This document shows positions 1 to 13,000 of a stretch of 64,000 bases of DNA, one piece after another. The stretch spans positions 62,684,001 through 62,748,000 of the forward strand of contig NW_024704743.1 of NCBI RefSeq assembly GCF_018977255.1, given 5' to 3'. The notes below the pieces were generated by a model, which saw only the letters and a list, made by a program, of their open reading frames with translations, had not been told where the DNA came from and ran no database searches. Made by a program: the position numbers and the translations under genes. Source of the stretch: Callorhinchus milii (lineage: Eukaryota). The number at the start of each line of letters is the position of its first letter. Position 1 is the stretch's first letter.

Positions 1-1134
1 TTGCTAATACATTTGGAAAAAAAAGCATACACATCGCAATTTAATAGGTGTGCTTCTGCCTTTAGTACTCTATAGCATTTCTTGCAATTCATCACTGACA
101 GATGGTATGTGTCATTATGTAGAATTCTGTTGTCCTGGCGAATGATTGATTAATGCTGGTATATCGTATTTCGACTGTCACCACATTAGCACAAACCACA
201 GCAAATGACAACCTACTTATGTAATGTGTCACCACCATTTCCCAAGATCCATGTCAATGACAGCTGATGTCAGTTCAGTGTTACCTGTCAAGGCAGAGTC
301 CAAACTTTATCTGTCATTGCTATCTGATCTTACCTTCTCCATGGAGGGGGACAATTAAATCTTGGTATCTTGATACCAGCCAATTGATCTCAACTTGGGT
401 GTCTGGCAGTTGATGCCGTCCACCAGTCCCTGTGGTTCTGATCAGAATGTCTGCCGTTATACAAACTATTGACCCGATACAAACAGATTGCGATTGTCCT
501 TCCCATTGATATGGAGGGTAGACTCGCAAGCTTGATCTCTTTTTTGTCTATCAGTGAAATCAATCTCCAGTACTTCCAAATGAGTCTTCAAATTGAGACA
601 GAAACAAAAAGCCTGAAGCTAAATGGATTCCACACGAAAAGATAATGCATAAATAACAAGACCAACCTATGAACATTATCTCATTTGGCATGAGCTAAAT
701 ATAGTAATGAAAGATAATTACCCATAACAAATGCTCACATTGAATACACTACTGTTTAAGCCAAACAAGGCCACAAACTAATCACCCGACAAGCTGATAT
801 CAATTTTGGATTGAAAGTGGTCTGAGAATCTGGTTCCTCATAAAATTCGACTTGTGTGAGCTTCCCACAAACCTTTCAGCTGTCAGTCAGCTGTCTTTGC
901 TTCGAGAGCTCTGTAGCACAGATCAGTGTAACAAGATGCTAACTATCGCTTTGCCAGCTGCCAGATATTGCCCCTTCCACTCTCCCCAAAAATACTACAC
1001 AGAGAAAAATGATTGCAAATTGGAACAAAAATGAGTATGAAAGGTAAAGTATTGAGTTCCAAGTCCCAATGTTCAATATAGTTAAGATGTAGGTTTGCAC
1101 TTGCCATTCCTGCATGATGATTTCTTATCACTTA

Positions 1135-1255
1135 CCTGAACAGGAAAATAAAGACCTCGGTTTGTTACATACAAAAGACAGCCCTTTGATAATATAAGGC
1201 TGCTGCCCCCCAATACTCCACTGCAGTGTCAGCTTGGACTATTGGGTCTAAATTC
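1135..1255 (-). mobile_element. Highly decayed Deu-domain SINE fragment
   Basis: Resembles the Deu domain copy at 53320-53545 (acctgaacagg..gacctcggttt..aaagacagc..ctccactgcagtgtcagc). Confidence 0.45.
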
Positions 1256-2419
1256 CATGCAATTCTCTATCAACAATACAATTTGAAATTAAGGGAATTT
1301 GGGGGAAAATGTAATATGTATTTCATTAAGATACACACATTAAATTCCAAAGACATTTTTCGCAGTGCAAAAACTTCCACATTATTAGGGTAAAATACTA
1401 AATGGGTTCTCATTAACAGGTGAGGTTCAGACCAACATTATTTTCTAATTTAAATTATTTTCTGAGGCATTTAACACCAATGTTAATATAAGCTTGCAGG
1501 CTACTCTCCCCTTATCAATAGATTTATTTTTCAATTCAGAACAACGAGATTCTTTATTCCCACTGAGAAGCCTTTGCAATGTAGAGTTTACGACCTCAAA
1601 ATCAAGCTACTATTGATAACACTGTTTCATTACCTAAGTTTTAATATGTATGACATATTCAGATACTAGTTCACAATTTGTTAGACACGTGAGGGGGAGG
1701 GGGTGATATGCTGAGTCTTTGTTCAAACTACCGATTTCTGTAAGTAGCCATTTTGGAGGGCTGCTAGAGCTTTGAGAAAGCATCTGCATGACTCGATCAA
1801 AAAAGACCAGAGCGAATACTCTCTTTTGACACAATGCACCTAATGAAAATGCCTCAACAACAAAGCAATGAAATTATATTTAAGTGTGTGCTGGCTGTTT
1901 TGTTGGAGGCAATAGAAAAAATAATTGACCCTCTTGGTAGGCCAAGACTTTCTTTCAAAATGTTCGGCGTCACTCAGGGTCTAACGGCTACTTCTAGTGC
2001 TTCAAATAATGGCACATACCTCAACAACCAGGGACTGATGGCTGCTTGCAAAAATGGTATTTTAAATGGGCAATCTTCCCTTGAAGATGCAGAGGATGAT
2101 CAGCCTGCAAGTGGAGGAAGGGTTCCAGCCAGCATGCATGGTGTACATCGCCATATTTTTGGTAGAGGCACGTAGAAACAACACTTCTTCACCTTCTTAA
2201 AGTGCAAACTTCAAACTGAAGCTGACTATGAGGATAAATTACTTTGATTAACCGCACTGCTTATGGCTGCCACCTCTTTGCCTTGATTTACAAGCTCCTT
2301 TACAATTCACAGATTTCACAGACATTTGCATTTTGACAGTATTGGAAAGGTATATTATCTAAAAAAAATCCAACAATAGAATTCTGCCGTATACTCAACC
2401 ACATTAAACACACTTCCCC

Positions 2420-2860
2420 CCAACACATCAATTCTCGCTAGGCTCCACTGCTCCCTATCACAGAACGGATCAATTTCAAGATCCTCTCACTCGTCTACAA
2501 ATCCCTTTACGCCCTTGGACCTCCTAACTTTTCCAACCTGCTTTCTCTCTACTCCTCTACTGGTTGCATCAGCTCGGCTGGCTCTGGTCTCTTGCTCATC
2601 CCTTCGCCTCTCCGCGGCACCATCAGCGGCCATTCTTTCCACAATTATGTCCCAAAGATTTGGAACTGTCTCCCTCAATCCTTCTGCCTTGCCCCCCTCC
2701 TTCCCCTCTCTTAGATCAAGGCTGAACACCTTCCTCTTCAACTATGATTATGGTCACCTCCTCTCTCCCCCCAGCTTGGTATCAGGCTCAGCCACTGTTA
2801 AGCGCTCTGAGACGCTGCCCCACACGAGGGCACTATATAAATGCAATTTGTAATTGTTGT
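2420..2860 (+). mobile_element. L2 LINE 3' fragment, decayed
   Basis: LARLHWLP/IxFKIL-like decayed coding sequence followed by the L2 tail ...gcactatataaatgcaattt..ttgttg. Confidence 0.8.
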
Positions 2861-4474
2861 GATGCAGATATGATGCAGATATGGGGATACGATGGTGTTA
2901 TAGGCATTATTTATTCTACTTTTAATTAACCAAGAATGTATTATTAACAATTAAATTATGCCTTTAAAGATCATCATTGTGCCATGCAGTTCGATATTGA
3001 TTACTTGACCCCCTCCATCGTTGTTCAGTGACAGGAACATGTTAATCTCGCTCACTGGACAGAAAAAGCCCTACATGTGATGGGCTGTTTTACTTTCCAC
3101 TTGCTGGAAGTTTCTAGGGAATGTGTAGCGCCTCTCTTAGAATATTTCAGCATTATTGAATCATAAACTTAATTATTTCAACAGAATTTGGGCCCATTTA
3201 GGTTCAAATCCTGAGGTGGGAGCTGAATCAGAGGGGAAAGTGCTACCTATGTCAATGCGGAAAACTAATCAGCAAGTAGAATTTAAAGCAGGCAACAGAA
3301 AATAGTTTAGGCTTGTGTTGTGTAAAGGAATCATAGAAATTAGTTGCTAAACTGGTCAAAAAATTCTCAAACTAGTTGCTATGTCCAGATTCTGTTCTAA
3401 AAAAACAGCAACATGTGGTGTGTGCCGGTGCTGCAACATGCATCAGGGGTCTGTGCATATCAAACTTCACTAAGTGTATACCGTGGCAGTTGGGGATCTT
3501 TAAAATGAGACCCGATGTTATATCAGGTGTCACTATAGTGCACTCACTAGTCAAAACTTCCAGTGTCATCAGGTCACTGCTGATGTCACTGAGCTAGACT
3601 GCATGCACACAATATGCAGAAAGCTGAGCAGTCAGTGGTGAGTTAATATTGGGAGTTTCCTCTGGGTTTGCCATGCACAGGAAGCAGGCCATTCAGCGCT
3701 GGAAGCAGGTTGCGTACTGCATTTCCATCTAATACGGATCTACTGCACACCCATGTTATAACTGAACCCGCCGTATAACAGGGTGCACTATATTTAGTGA
3801 TCTCAGCCGTGGTATCCTGGGAACCCATGAAAATGTCCGCAGTGGAAGCTAGGAAAAAACAGACATGTTATGGGAGACAAGAGAACAGGAAATGGAGACA
3901 ACAGTAAATATCTACCCAAAAATAAATATGCAAGATTAATTAGTTCACAGAAATTAATCACAAAAACATGTACACATAAAATTGGCCAGATAACAGTGTC
4001 TTCCAATCTAAGTGAAATCAACAATTGGACATTATGTGCATCATATAAATAGGACCATTGAAAATCATGTCAAGGCTTTTTTTATATCTGTGCCATGTAA
4101 TGTCTTTCTGACTCTTAAAAGCTTTAAAGGAAGACAGTAGCTTTAGGCACTGAAGCATCTGACTGCAAGCCAAATAGCCTCAGAAACTGCCCACTGAAAC
4201 AAACCAGATCACAAAACAATATAACATTCAAATGAGAAGTATGAAATAAGCCTTTCTGAATTAGGACTAAGCTAAATCACTGAAAATTTTCCACCTTTTA
4301 AAATTATAGAACCGGAGTAATTCATCTATTTCTTTACTGCAATTCTGATCTCAATGGTTCTTTAGACATCAGAGCATTTGATTATTAGTTCTGCTGCTAC
4401 ATTCCTTATTTGGTGGCGTAGGAAATTGACACCCCAAAATATGACATTTTTGTAAACTCATAACTAAAACTCAC

Positions 4475-4684
4475 TTGGCAGCGTCTTTCCTCAGTTGTTC
4501 ATGCTTCATGAGCAGATTTTTTCTCTCCTGAAAAGCTTTGCGGACTTTGTAACCTTTATACACAGCTTGAATTTTGGAAGCAGCAATATCTTGAATTGCA
4601 GCAATAGAGAGAGCTCCATGTTCCAGCATGTACTGGATCACTTCCTGATGTTCTCCAAGCAAGGCATAATCAAGGGGTGTGTAC
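4475..4684 (-). CDS. INVS: Inversin exon (approx. human exon 12): last ankyrin repeat and IQ motif
   Basis: ttccag|G...GCCAA|gtgagt, 210 nt, phase 2-2; (R)YTPLDYALLGEHQEVIQYMLEHGALSIAAIQDIAASKIQAVYKGYKVRKAFQERKNLLMKHEQLRKDAA(K); IQxxxKGxxxRK motif. Confidence 0.97.
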
Positions 4685-4892
4685 CTGGAAGGCCAGAGAG
4701 AAACACTCAATGACATATAAGATGACAAGATTGTTTTTGGCTGAAGAAGGCCTTTCAGTCCATTTGATATCAGCTTACCAACTCTATCATCTTACCAACT
4801 CTACTTTCTTGCCATCAGAGCATCAAGCTTTTTTTAAAAAAAGTCTAGTGTGCTGACCTCATCCATCCTGCCTGGCAACCTGTTTAGTCATT

Positions 4893-5103
4893 AATTATAA
4901 TAATCATTTCATTTGATATAGCGCCTTATCACGTTGTTGAGACATCTCAAAGTGCTTCACTGAATATACTGTATATTTTGTGGGTGGAACGTGGCAGGCA
5001 ATTGCGTACAGCAGTGTCCCACAAACAGTCGTGGATTGAGTGACCAAATTATTAATTTTTTTTGGGGGGGAGGAATTATCAGCCGCGGAAAGCAATCCGC
5101 CAA
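4893..5103 (-). mobile_element. Composite SINE, 3' half (split by a CR1 insertion)
   Basis: Matches the 3' half of the intact copy at 41265-41640 up to ...atccgccaa. Confidence 0.85.
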
Positions 5104-7296
5104 ACATTGAATTCTTTGAAGAGTAACAGAAAGTGTAGAAAAGGGTAATGCAGTAGAATGTAATATATTTGGATTTCCAAAAGGAGTTCAATAAGGTACC
5201 GCATAATAGACTAATGAATAAGGTCAGAGCATATGGAATCAGGGGGAAAGTAGCAGAGTAGATAGCAAGCTGGCTACAAGACAGAAAAGAGAGAGTAAGG
5301 GAAAAGGGTAGCTACTCAGACTGGCAGGGGGTGGGCACTGGTGTTCCACAAGGATCGGTATTGGGACCACTGTTGTTCACAATTTACATTAACGATTTGG
5401 ACACGGGGATCCAAAGTACAATTTCAAAATTCGTGGATGAAACCAAATTGGGGGGTGTAGTTAATACTGAGGAAAAATGCAACAAATTACAAGACATTAG
5501 TAAGCTTGCTGAATGGGCATTTAATTGGCAAATTAATTTAAATATAGATAAGTGTGAGGTGGTACATTTTGGTAGGAGAAATAAGGAGGTCACATACTGC
5601 CCGGAAAATAAGAATCTAAATGGGGTAGAGGAGCAAAGGGGTCTAGGGGTACAGATACACAAATCCCTTGTGACAAGGGAGCTTGATAAGGGTAAGGCTA
5701 TGGATGTTGAATATCTGGATTTCAGTAAGGCCTTTGATACAGTTCCTCTTGAGAGGCTGATACTGAAAATAAAGAAAGCGAGAATCAATGGAGGTATATT
5801 ACAATGGCTACGCAACTGGTTGACTGGAAGAACCCAGAGGGTGGTGGCACAGGGAATGTCATCAAACTGGGAAAATGTTACCAGTGGAGTTCCACAAAGG
5901 TCTGTTTTGGGACCTCTTTTGATTAATATTTTTATAAATGATCTGGAACTAGGAGTCGCAAGCACAGTGGTTTGCAATAAATTGAAGCTCTCCCAACAAT
6001 GGTCTGTTGCAGTGAGTAAAGCAAACCAGATGTTGGGATGTATCAAAAGATCAATAGCAAAGCCAAAATAGTGGGGTAATCCTGCTACTCTATAAATCAT
6101 TGGTGAGACGTGAGACCATACTTAGAGTACTGTGTACAGTTCTGGTCGCCACAGTACAAAAAGGACATTGAAGAAATCGAGAAGATACAAAGGAGGCCAA
6201 AATGATTGAAGGAATGGAAGGACTGGACTATGAGGAGCGACTAAGTGAATTGGGCATGGCACATGAGCGGCGACATGATTGCTGTCTTTAAGATTCATTC
6301 TATAGGGGCAAGACAATATAGATCATGGCAGGCTGTCTCAACTTGTCCAGAATAGTAAAACCAGAGGACACAGCTTGATTTAGAAGAAAGCATTGTTTCA
6401 GTGAGCGAATAGTGAACGTGTGGAACAGGTTCCCGAGGGAGACGGTTGAAGCAGTAAGCGTTGATTCTTTCAAACACAGATTAGATAGTTTTCTTTTAGG
6501 AAATAAAATTTTGGGATACAATACATAGGTAGTTTGGGACATACATGCATGCGACCACCAGGAAGATGGAAAGCGAACTAGATGGACCTTGGTCTTTTTT
6601 CATCTAGCATTTCTTACGTTCAAATCGCTAAAAGTAGCGATGCAGGTTAATAAGGCCATAAAAAAAGCATACCAAGTGTTGGAGTTCATTTCTAGAGGGA
6701 CAGAAGTGAAAAGCAGGGAAGTTATGCTAAACTTATACTGAACCTTGTTTAGACTCCACTTGGAGCACTGTGTACAGTTCTGGTCCCCATATTATAGAAA
6801 GGATATAGAGACATTGGAGAAGGCACAAAGAAGATTTACAAGGATGATACCGAAACTGCAAGGTTATACCTATCAGGAAAGCTGAACAAGCTTGGACTCT
6901 TTTCTTTCGAAAAAAAAGGTGAGGGGTGACCCAATGGAGGTCTTTAAAATTACGAAAGATTTTGATAGGGTAGACATAGAAGATGTTTCCACTTGTGGGG
7001 GAGACCAAACCAGGGGACATAAATATAAAATAGTCATCAATAAATCAAATAGGGAAGTCATAAGAAACTTCTTTACCCAGAGAGTGGTGGGAATGTGGAA
7101 CTAGCTACCACAAGGAGTATTGAGGCGAAAAGCATAGATATATTTAAGGGGAAGCTAGATAAGTACCTGAGGAAGAAATGAGGGTTATGCTTGAAGGCTT
7201 AGTTGAGGAAGGGCAGGAGGAGGCTCATGTGGAGCAGAAACGCCAACATAGACCAGTTGGGCCGAATGGCCTGTTTCTGTGCTGTATATTCTATGT
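5104..7296 (+). mobile_element. CR1 LINE 3' portion (element A), interrupted by a second CR1 at 5669-6620
   Basis: Decayed [50 protein letters not shown]. It resumes at 6621 (KSLKVAMQVNKAIKKA..CVQFWSP..FFTQRVVGMWN) and ends in a CR1 3' end gggccgaatggcctgtttctgtgctgtatattctatgt. Confidence 0.93.
5669..6620 (+). mobile_element. Second CR1 LINE fragment (element B), nested and internally deleted
   Basis: Restarts the RT at VTRELDKGKAMDVEYLDFSKAFDTVP and has its own distinct 3' UTR. It is flanked by caaatccct (5660-5668) and caaatcgct (6621-6629). Confidence 0.9.
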
Positions 7297-7453
7297 AATC
7301 AACTAACAATTGGGTTCCCATTTACTGCTAGGTAAATAGAGGGATGTGGAAGGAAAGTAAGGAAACTTGGCTAAGGTTTCGCCCTGCCCGGGAATCAAAC
7401 CCAGATCCTCTCGCTTGCGAGGTGATTGCTCTAAATATGCTACAGGACTCCAC
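7297..7453 (-). mobile_element. Composite SINE, 5' half (tRNA head + CORE-like domain)
   Basis: Continues the SINE from 5103 and matches 41490-41640. Confidence 0.85.
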
Positions 7454-7883
7454 AACTCCACAAGGTGTTCTTTGTCCTCTGGGTAAAGAACAACTTCCTG
7501 GTGTCTATCCCAAGATTCTGGGTTATTGTTCTGGGTATACATTTCAATCCCATTCAAAACGTTATTCAGCCCTATAAAGGTCTCCTCTGAGAGGTCTCTT
7601 TTCAAGATTGAAGAGTCGTAGCTTGTCTAATTATTTGTTATTTTTATTTACTTGCCCTCCTGATCACCACATTCCCCCAATTTAATAGTTCTAACCAGTA
7701 AAAAGATAACTGTTTAACACTAATCTATTTAAAATGCTGACATACTAAGCATTAGAAAAGGACAAGAGGTTACTGCTGAGAGGACAACTTGTTAAAAACA
7801 TTGCTTGGCAATGTAGCTTGTGCCCCAGTAAACTCAAGTCAAGTTAACTTAAGTAGGGCCATCAAGTCACTTTCATACTCTAC

Positions 7884-7990
7884 CTCTCTTCATTGGTCTC
7901 CATATGATTGGGAAAAGAATCGTATCCCAGCAACAGCTTCACAGCATCCAGGTAACCATTGTTGCAGGACCAGTGCAGTGCCGTCCGTCC
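7884..7990 (-). CDS. INVS: Inversin exon (approx. human exon 11) containing the RxxLxxxxN destruction box
   Basis: ttttattaag|GGA...GAGAG|gtagag, 107 nt, phase 0-2; GRTALHWSCNNGYLDAVKLLLGYDSFPNHMETNEE(R). Confidence 0.97.
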
Positions 7991-8117
7991 CTTAATAAAA
8001 GACAAAAATTTCCTGTCATCTGCTGTTGAGTTGCACATTTGAGAACAGAGACACTTAAAGAACCACCACATTGAAAACACAACAAACCCTCGGAAGCATT
8101 GAAACAATAAACTAATA

Positions 8118-8530
8118 GCTAGGATTATTCTCCTTGGAGCATAGAAGGTTAAGAGGACACTTAATAGAAGTTTTCAAAATTATGAGGGGATTTGATAAGG
8201 TGAACAAGGAGAAACTATTTCCACTGCCGGGTGGGTTGGTAACCCCGAGGACACCGATTTAAAATAGTTGTCAAAAGAAACAGAAGAGGTGAAATGGTGA
8301 AGGGAAATTTTTTCACACAGCAAGTTGTTCGGCTCTGGAACGCATGGCCTGAAAGGATGGTGAAAGCCGATTCAATTACATCTTTTAAGAGAGAAGCAGA
8401 TAATTACTTAGGGAGGACACGTTTGTAGGGCTATGGGGAGAGCGCAGGGGAAGTGGGATTGAATTGGATAGCTCTTTTCAAAGAGCCGACACAGACACAA
8501 TGACCTAATTCTCTGCTTCTATGATAATTC
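8118..8530 (+). mobile_element. CR1 LINE 3' fragment
   Basis: LGLFSLEHRRLRGHLIEVFKIMRGFDKVNKEKLFP-like ORF2 C-terminus followed by a 3' UTR. Confidence 0.85.
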
Positions 8531-9869
8531 CACAAAAGCAATGTTTCTCGGAAAGTGCTTAATAATACTAACTCCAAGATAGCTAAATACTCTCATCACT
8601 GATGAGTCATCAGTACACTCATCATTACAAACTATCTTGGCGCAAACATAAAAAGTAAAAAGATAAATTGTGGGACACTGGTGTGTGCAATTTAGCTTCT
8701 ACATTTCGACCACAAAATGTACAGTCAATTCACTTTACAGTATATTGTGTGACGTGCTTTGAGACGTATCAACAAGGTGATAAAGGGCCATATCAAGTGC
8801 AAGGATTATGATTATTATTAAATGTCTCAAAGAGTTTCACAAGTAACTGCTGCCATTGAAAATGTTTCTATGTAGTCAGGTCTTGTTTACACAGTTAATG
8901 TAAGTGCGCTGAGATGCGTGGAGGGCGCTATATAAATCCAACTTATTGTTGTTGTTGAGGAGCTTTAGACAATGTTCACTTTTTTTAGTCTCCACACTTC
9001 ACAATCCATCCTTTGAAGTGCTTTAAAATCTCCTCCTGGTGTGTAAGGTGCTATATCAAATGCAAGACTAATTTATTATTAAGGCAAAAATGGCAGCCAA
9101 CGTTTGCAGAACCTGACCACAGTCATGAAGTAAATAATCAATGTATCTGGAGGATTGTTGGCCAGGACATTTGGAAAACTTTATACTTTTTTGAAGTCAT
9201 ATGTTCTCTCAATGTTCTTTTAAAAGAATTGAAACTTGTTCATTTAGTGCTTAGTGGAGTACAAAAAAACAAAAAGTACTTTAAAGTACTTTGTGGTTTA
9301 CTAAAAGCACTGAGTAAACCTTGTCTCAATAACTCATTCCTCATTCTATGCCACAAACTGTGCACTCAATGTCATCCAGAAGTTAATTATCTTGTAAATC
9401 ATGGAGTCCTGTTAGTTACCTTTGGGTAATATACAAATGAAAGTTGCATTTCTCCAAATGCTCCCATAACATTTCTGATCTAACATCTGGCTACGTGACA
9501 GAGACATACTGAGAAAAAACATGGGGACTGTAATGGCAATGTGTCTACTCTATCATGTTAATTATATTATAATACTGCTTGTACATAACATCATAAACAG
9601 GAAATCCATTGCTAATAAGAATAATAAAATAACAATAATAATCCTTATATTTGCTGAAGAGCTTTTCATGTCGGGAGGACTTTTCAAAACACTTCGCAGG
9701 ATATATTGTAAAGAGGAGTAATTGTGTGTTTTGTAGGCAAGGGATAGCAAAGAGTAGCATTGCATGAAATTAGAAAATTTCAAAGATCTCACAGGTAATT
9801 CAGAAAACTTCTTTGTTAAATCACTGCAATACATGTGGTACAAGAGCATTCTCAATGTTAATAGATTAC

Positions 9870-10099
9870 CTCTTTGTCTTGTATGTTGGGATCAGCTTTG
9901 TTTTCCATGAGGACAGCCATGCAGTTGATGTAGCCTCCATAAGCAGCACACTGCAGAGGGGTTCTCCCAGCATAATCCTGCACATTGGGGTTAATCTGAT
10001 TCTGAATCAATATCTGACACACATCTGCATTTCCTCCAAGGGCAGCCCAGTGCAAAGGGCTGTGACCATCCTGGTCAACCAGGTCCACTCTGGCACCAC
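9870..10099 (-). CDS. INVS: Inversin exon (approx. human exon 10)
   Basis: ttacag|GT...GAG|gtaatc, 230 nt, phase 1-0; (G)GARVDLVDQDGHSPLHWAALGGNADVCQILIQNQINPNVQDYAGRTPLQCAAYGGYINCMAVLMENKADPNIQDKE. Confidence 0.97.
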
Positions 10100-13000
10100 C
10101 TGTAATACCATAATAGTTGCACAGTTTAGAAAATTCCTGCAATAGTTAATACAACGACATGCATTTATATAGAGCCCTTCACACAGGGTTGCGTCTTGGA
10201 GCACTTAACAGTGGTAATTAATACTTGTTCATATAAAACAGTCCACTCTTATTGCCAATTACTAAGCGGGGTCTCCTTGGTGCTAAACTGCCAAATATGC
10301 CAAGTTTGGTATGGAATGTCAAAATCAAGCCAACCCTCTGTGGGCTCTGCTTCACGCCCCCACCACTGCCCATCGCTGGTCAGGCTTTAAACCTATCTGC
10401 CCCCATTCTATGGGGTGTAAACCCCCGACTGTACAGCATCTTGTGATGCCCTCTAGATGCAACAGGCACTATGTAAATGCAATTTGTTGTTATAATCTAA
10501 GGATTTCAGTGCAGAATACTAGTTTATCTCAATTTTAAACATCATTAGCAAGGGAGAAAATTCTGATGATGTAATCATATCACTGATGATAATTCTCACA
10601 TCAAATGTCAGTTTCCAGCATCTAAGTACTTCATTTTTGAAGTACTTCTGTTACATTTGATTCATCCAAGTTTGATGCAATCTATCAAATCATTTGAAAG
10701 TTGCCAAGGGACAGATCAGTAATTTTTAATCTCCCATCAGCTTGAACCTCACTCTACCAGATCTCTAATGCACCAATGTAACCAGGAACCAAGGCTATTT
10801 ATATAGACTAAATATGTACTTTACATTTTCAAATCTTTATTCTTCCCATGTTATTTTGATATCTTGTTTCTATTTATTGTACATGAACGAAAACATGAGC
10901 AGCATAACATCTATGACAGGAAAGGAAAGTGTAGACTGATTTGTATCAAGAGGCAGTAAAATAATGATTATATTTTTGGCTTTCAGAAAACATCCTTGTA
11001 ATTCATACTTTGACACACTATTTGGTGCCATCCAATGCATAATGTGACGGAAATCAAACATTTTCTCTCTGACTTTGATTTTCAAGAAAATTCCAGAAAC
11101 ACCTGTAAATTTTCACTTAAGTTTGTTCTCAGCCCCTTTCTGAAGTTGATTTATTGTGTCAATTTTGTGCTTTCTCTTACATATATATACATCCACAAAT
11201 ATTCTGTGAAGCACTTTGAGACGTCTAGAAGATGTGAAAAGTGCTATATCAAATGCAAGGATTATTATTATTAATAATCCAAATCCTAAAATTAAACATT
11301 TATAAATAATACTAAAAAATGTATTACATTTATAATTGTTCAAACTAACAGACACGTGGTATATTATACTAATGAAACTGGGAGCCTTTCACAACTTCAG
11401 GCTGCCCATCACATGACTGACTCCAAGGAGTTTGACTGGCAACATCCCTGAGCTGCTTGGAGGGTGCTAACTGGTCACAGGCAACTTGGTTTGATTTATC
11501 AAGCTTGGCTAACTATAATAATCCTTGCATTTCATATGGAGCCTTTTAGGATAAGAGGATATCTCAAAATGCTGCAGTCACTGTGTTCAGCGCCTTGGGA
11601 CGTCCTCCCGACGTGAAAGGCGCTCTATAAATGGAATCTTGTTGTTGTTGTTGTTTTAGGCAATTGCAACAGCTAATTTGCATACCTCAACATCCTACAA
11701 ACAGTCATGAAGTGAATGGCCAATTTAATCTGAAAGATTGTTAGCCAGGATGTTGCGAGAAACTGCAGGAATTTTTTTAATGCCCTCCATAATGTCATCC
11801 ATAACTGGAAAGGCATCCAAGACTTCGCAGCCCGATCTGCACCAAACTCCATATGTTCATCACCCCAGTCTGTGCCAGGCTCCATTGGTTCTTTGTCTCT
11901 CAGCTGATTGATTTCAAGATCCCCAACCCCAAGGTTTAATTCTTCCTACATTTCTTTCTAGAAGTGTTATTTTCCTCAGATGTGAGCCCTCTATACTGGC
12001 AAATTCCATCTCCTCCTCTTAATTGCCCAAGTTATCTTCCTACTCCCCAGCCATGACAACAAGTTCTTTGTTCCAAAGTTACAGGGCTTGTTTGAGATGT
12101 GGATGATTCATATGTGGGGATATAAACACAGGAACTCTGAATCATAACTTTGTACTGTGCATCATCCGAGATTTTTGAACTCAGTTTGCTATCCTTTCAG
12201 AAATGCACATTCAAGCAAATAATGCTTTAACTCATTCTTGACAATAACTGAGTAGTGTACTTTAATAGGTATATACTTTAATAGGTATATCTGATTGTGT
12301 AAGAATACCACTTAAAGAGTCCTATCACTTCCACACATAAGACCATTTAACTTTACTATTTAGCATTTCATATTTCTTTCCCCGCCTTGAGCTTTCTCTC
12401 CCTATACAACTTGGCTTTTATCTCTCCTCCTTCCATTTCTCCCCATATAACATTCTTCCTTTCTTAAACTGTGATACAGGTTCTTAAAGTTTCCCAATGT
12501 ATACATGTTTTTGTGATAACCATCTCAGTTCTTCTCACATACTTCATTTGTATTCCACACTATTTCCACTTCATATGTAGTAAAAAGAGAAATGTGCAAT
12601 ATATTTTATTATTGTCATGTCACAGCCACATTCATGCACTACGAAGCCTGTCTAAATTTCAGCTCGAGTTAACCAGGTATTCCATGAAGTGGCTTGAAAT
12701 GCCAAGTCCTGCGAATAACAGCAATAAAGGTGGCATTGAAACCTTCTAATCGTTGTGTTGAAATCATGCAAGTAAACAGTCTTTAATTATCAAATTATAT
12801 CAGATTTGACGTGTTATTTAACACATCCCAGCATTTCATGATCTTACCCCACTCTAACTGCAATCTCCTCCAGCCCAATTCTTCTGCTTGTTCTCTGGTC
12901 TATTCCCATTCATCACTACCTCCCTATTAGTGAACATCTTTCAACCATTATGCCTCTCTATGGAACTCTCTCCCACTTCAAGATATTACAGTGTGAAAAA

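Noticed and set aside
320..550. Minus-strand open frame ending at a strong donor (GAAG|GTAAGA) as the next INVS exon
   Set aside because: The nearest acceptor is phase-incompatible with the preceding phase-2 exon, and the peptide does not resemble the expected K/R/E-rich continuation.
3505..3795. Two Tigger-like terminal motifs ending in cactata
   Set aside because: Both point the same way, and I could not find convincing partner TIRs or a TSD.
5331..6071. 246-aa reverse-transcriptase-like ORF as a functional or domesticated gene
   Set aside because: It is a chance in-frame fusion of two nested CR1 fragments. The catalytic motif is mutated (FVDE) in one and deleted in the other.
12258..12290. 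Short tandem duplication tactttaataggtata x2 (similar ones at about 4774-4803, 28858-28935 and 62999-63022)
   Set aside because: Ordinary slippage or repair micro-duplications.
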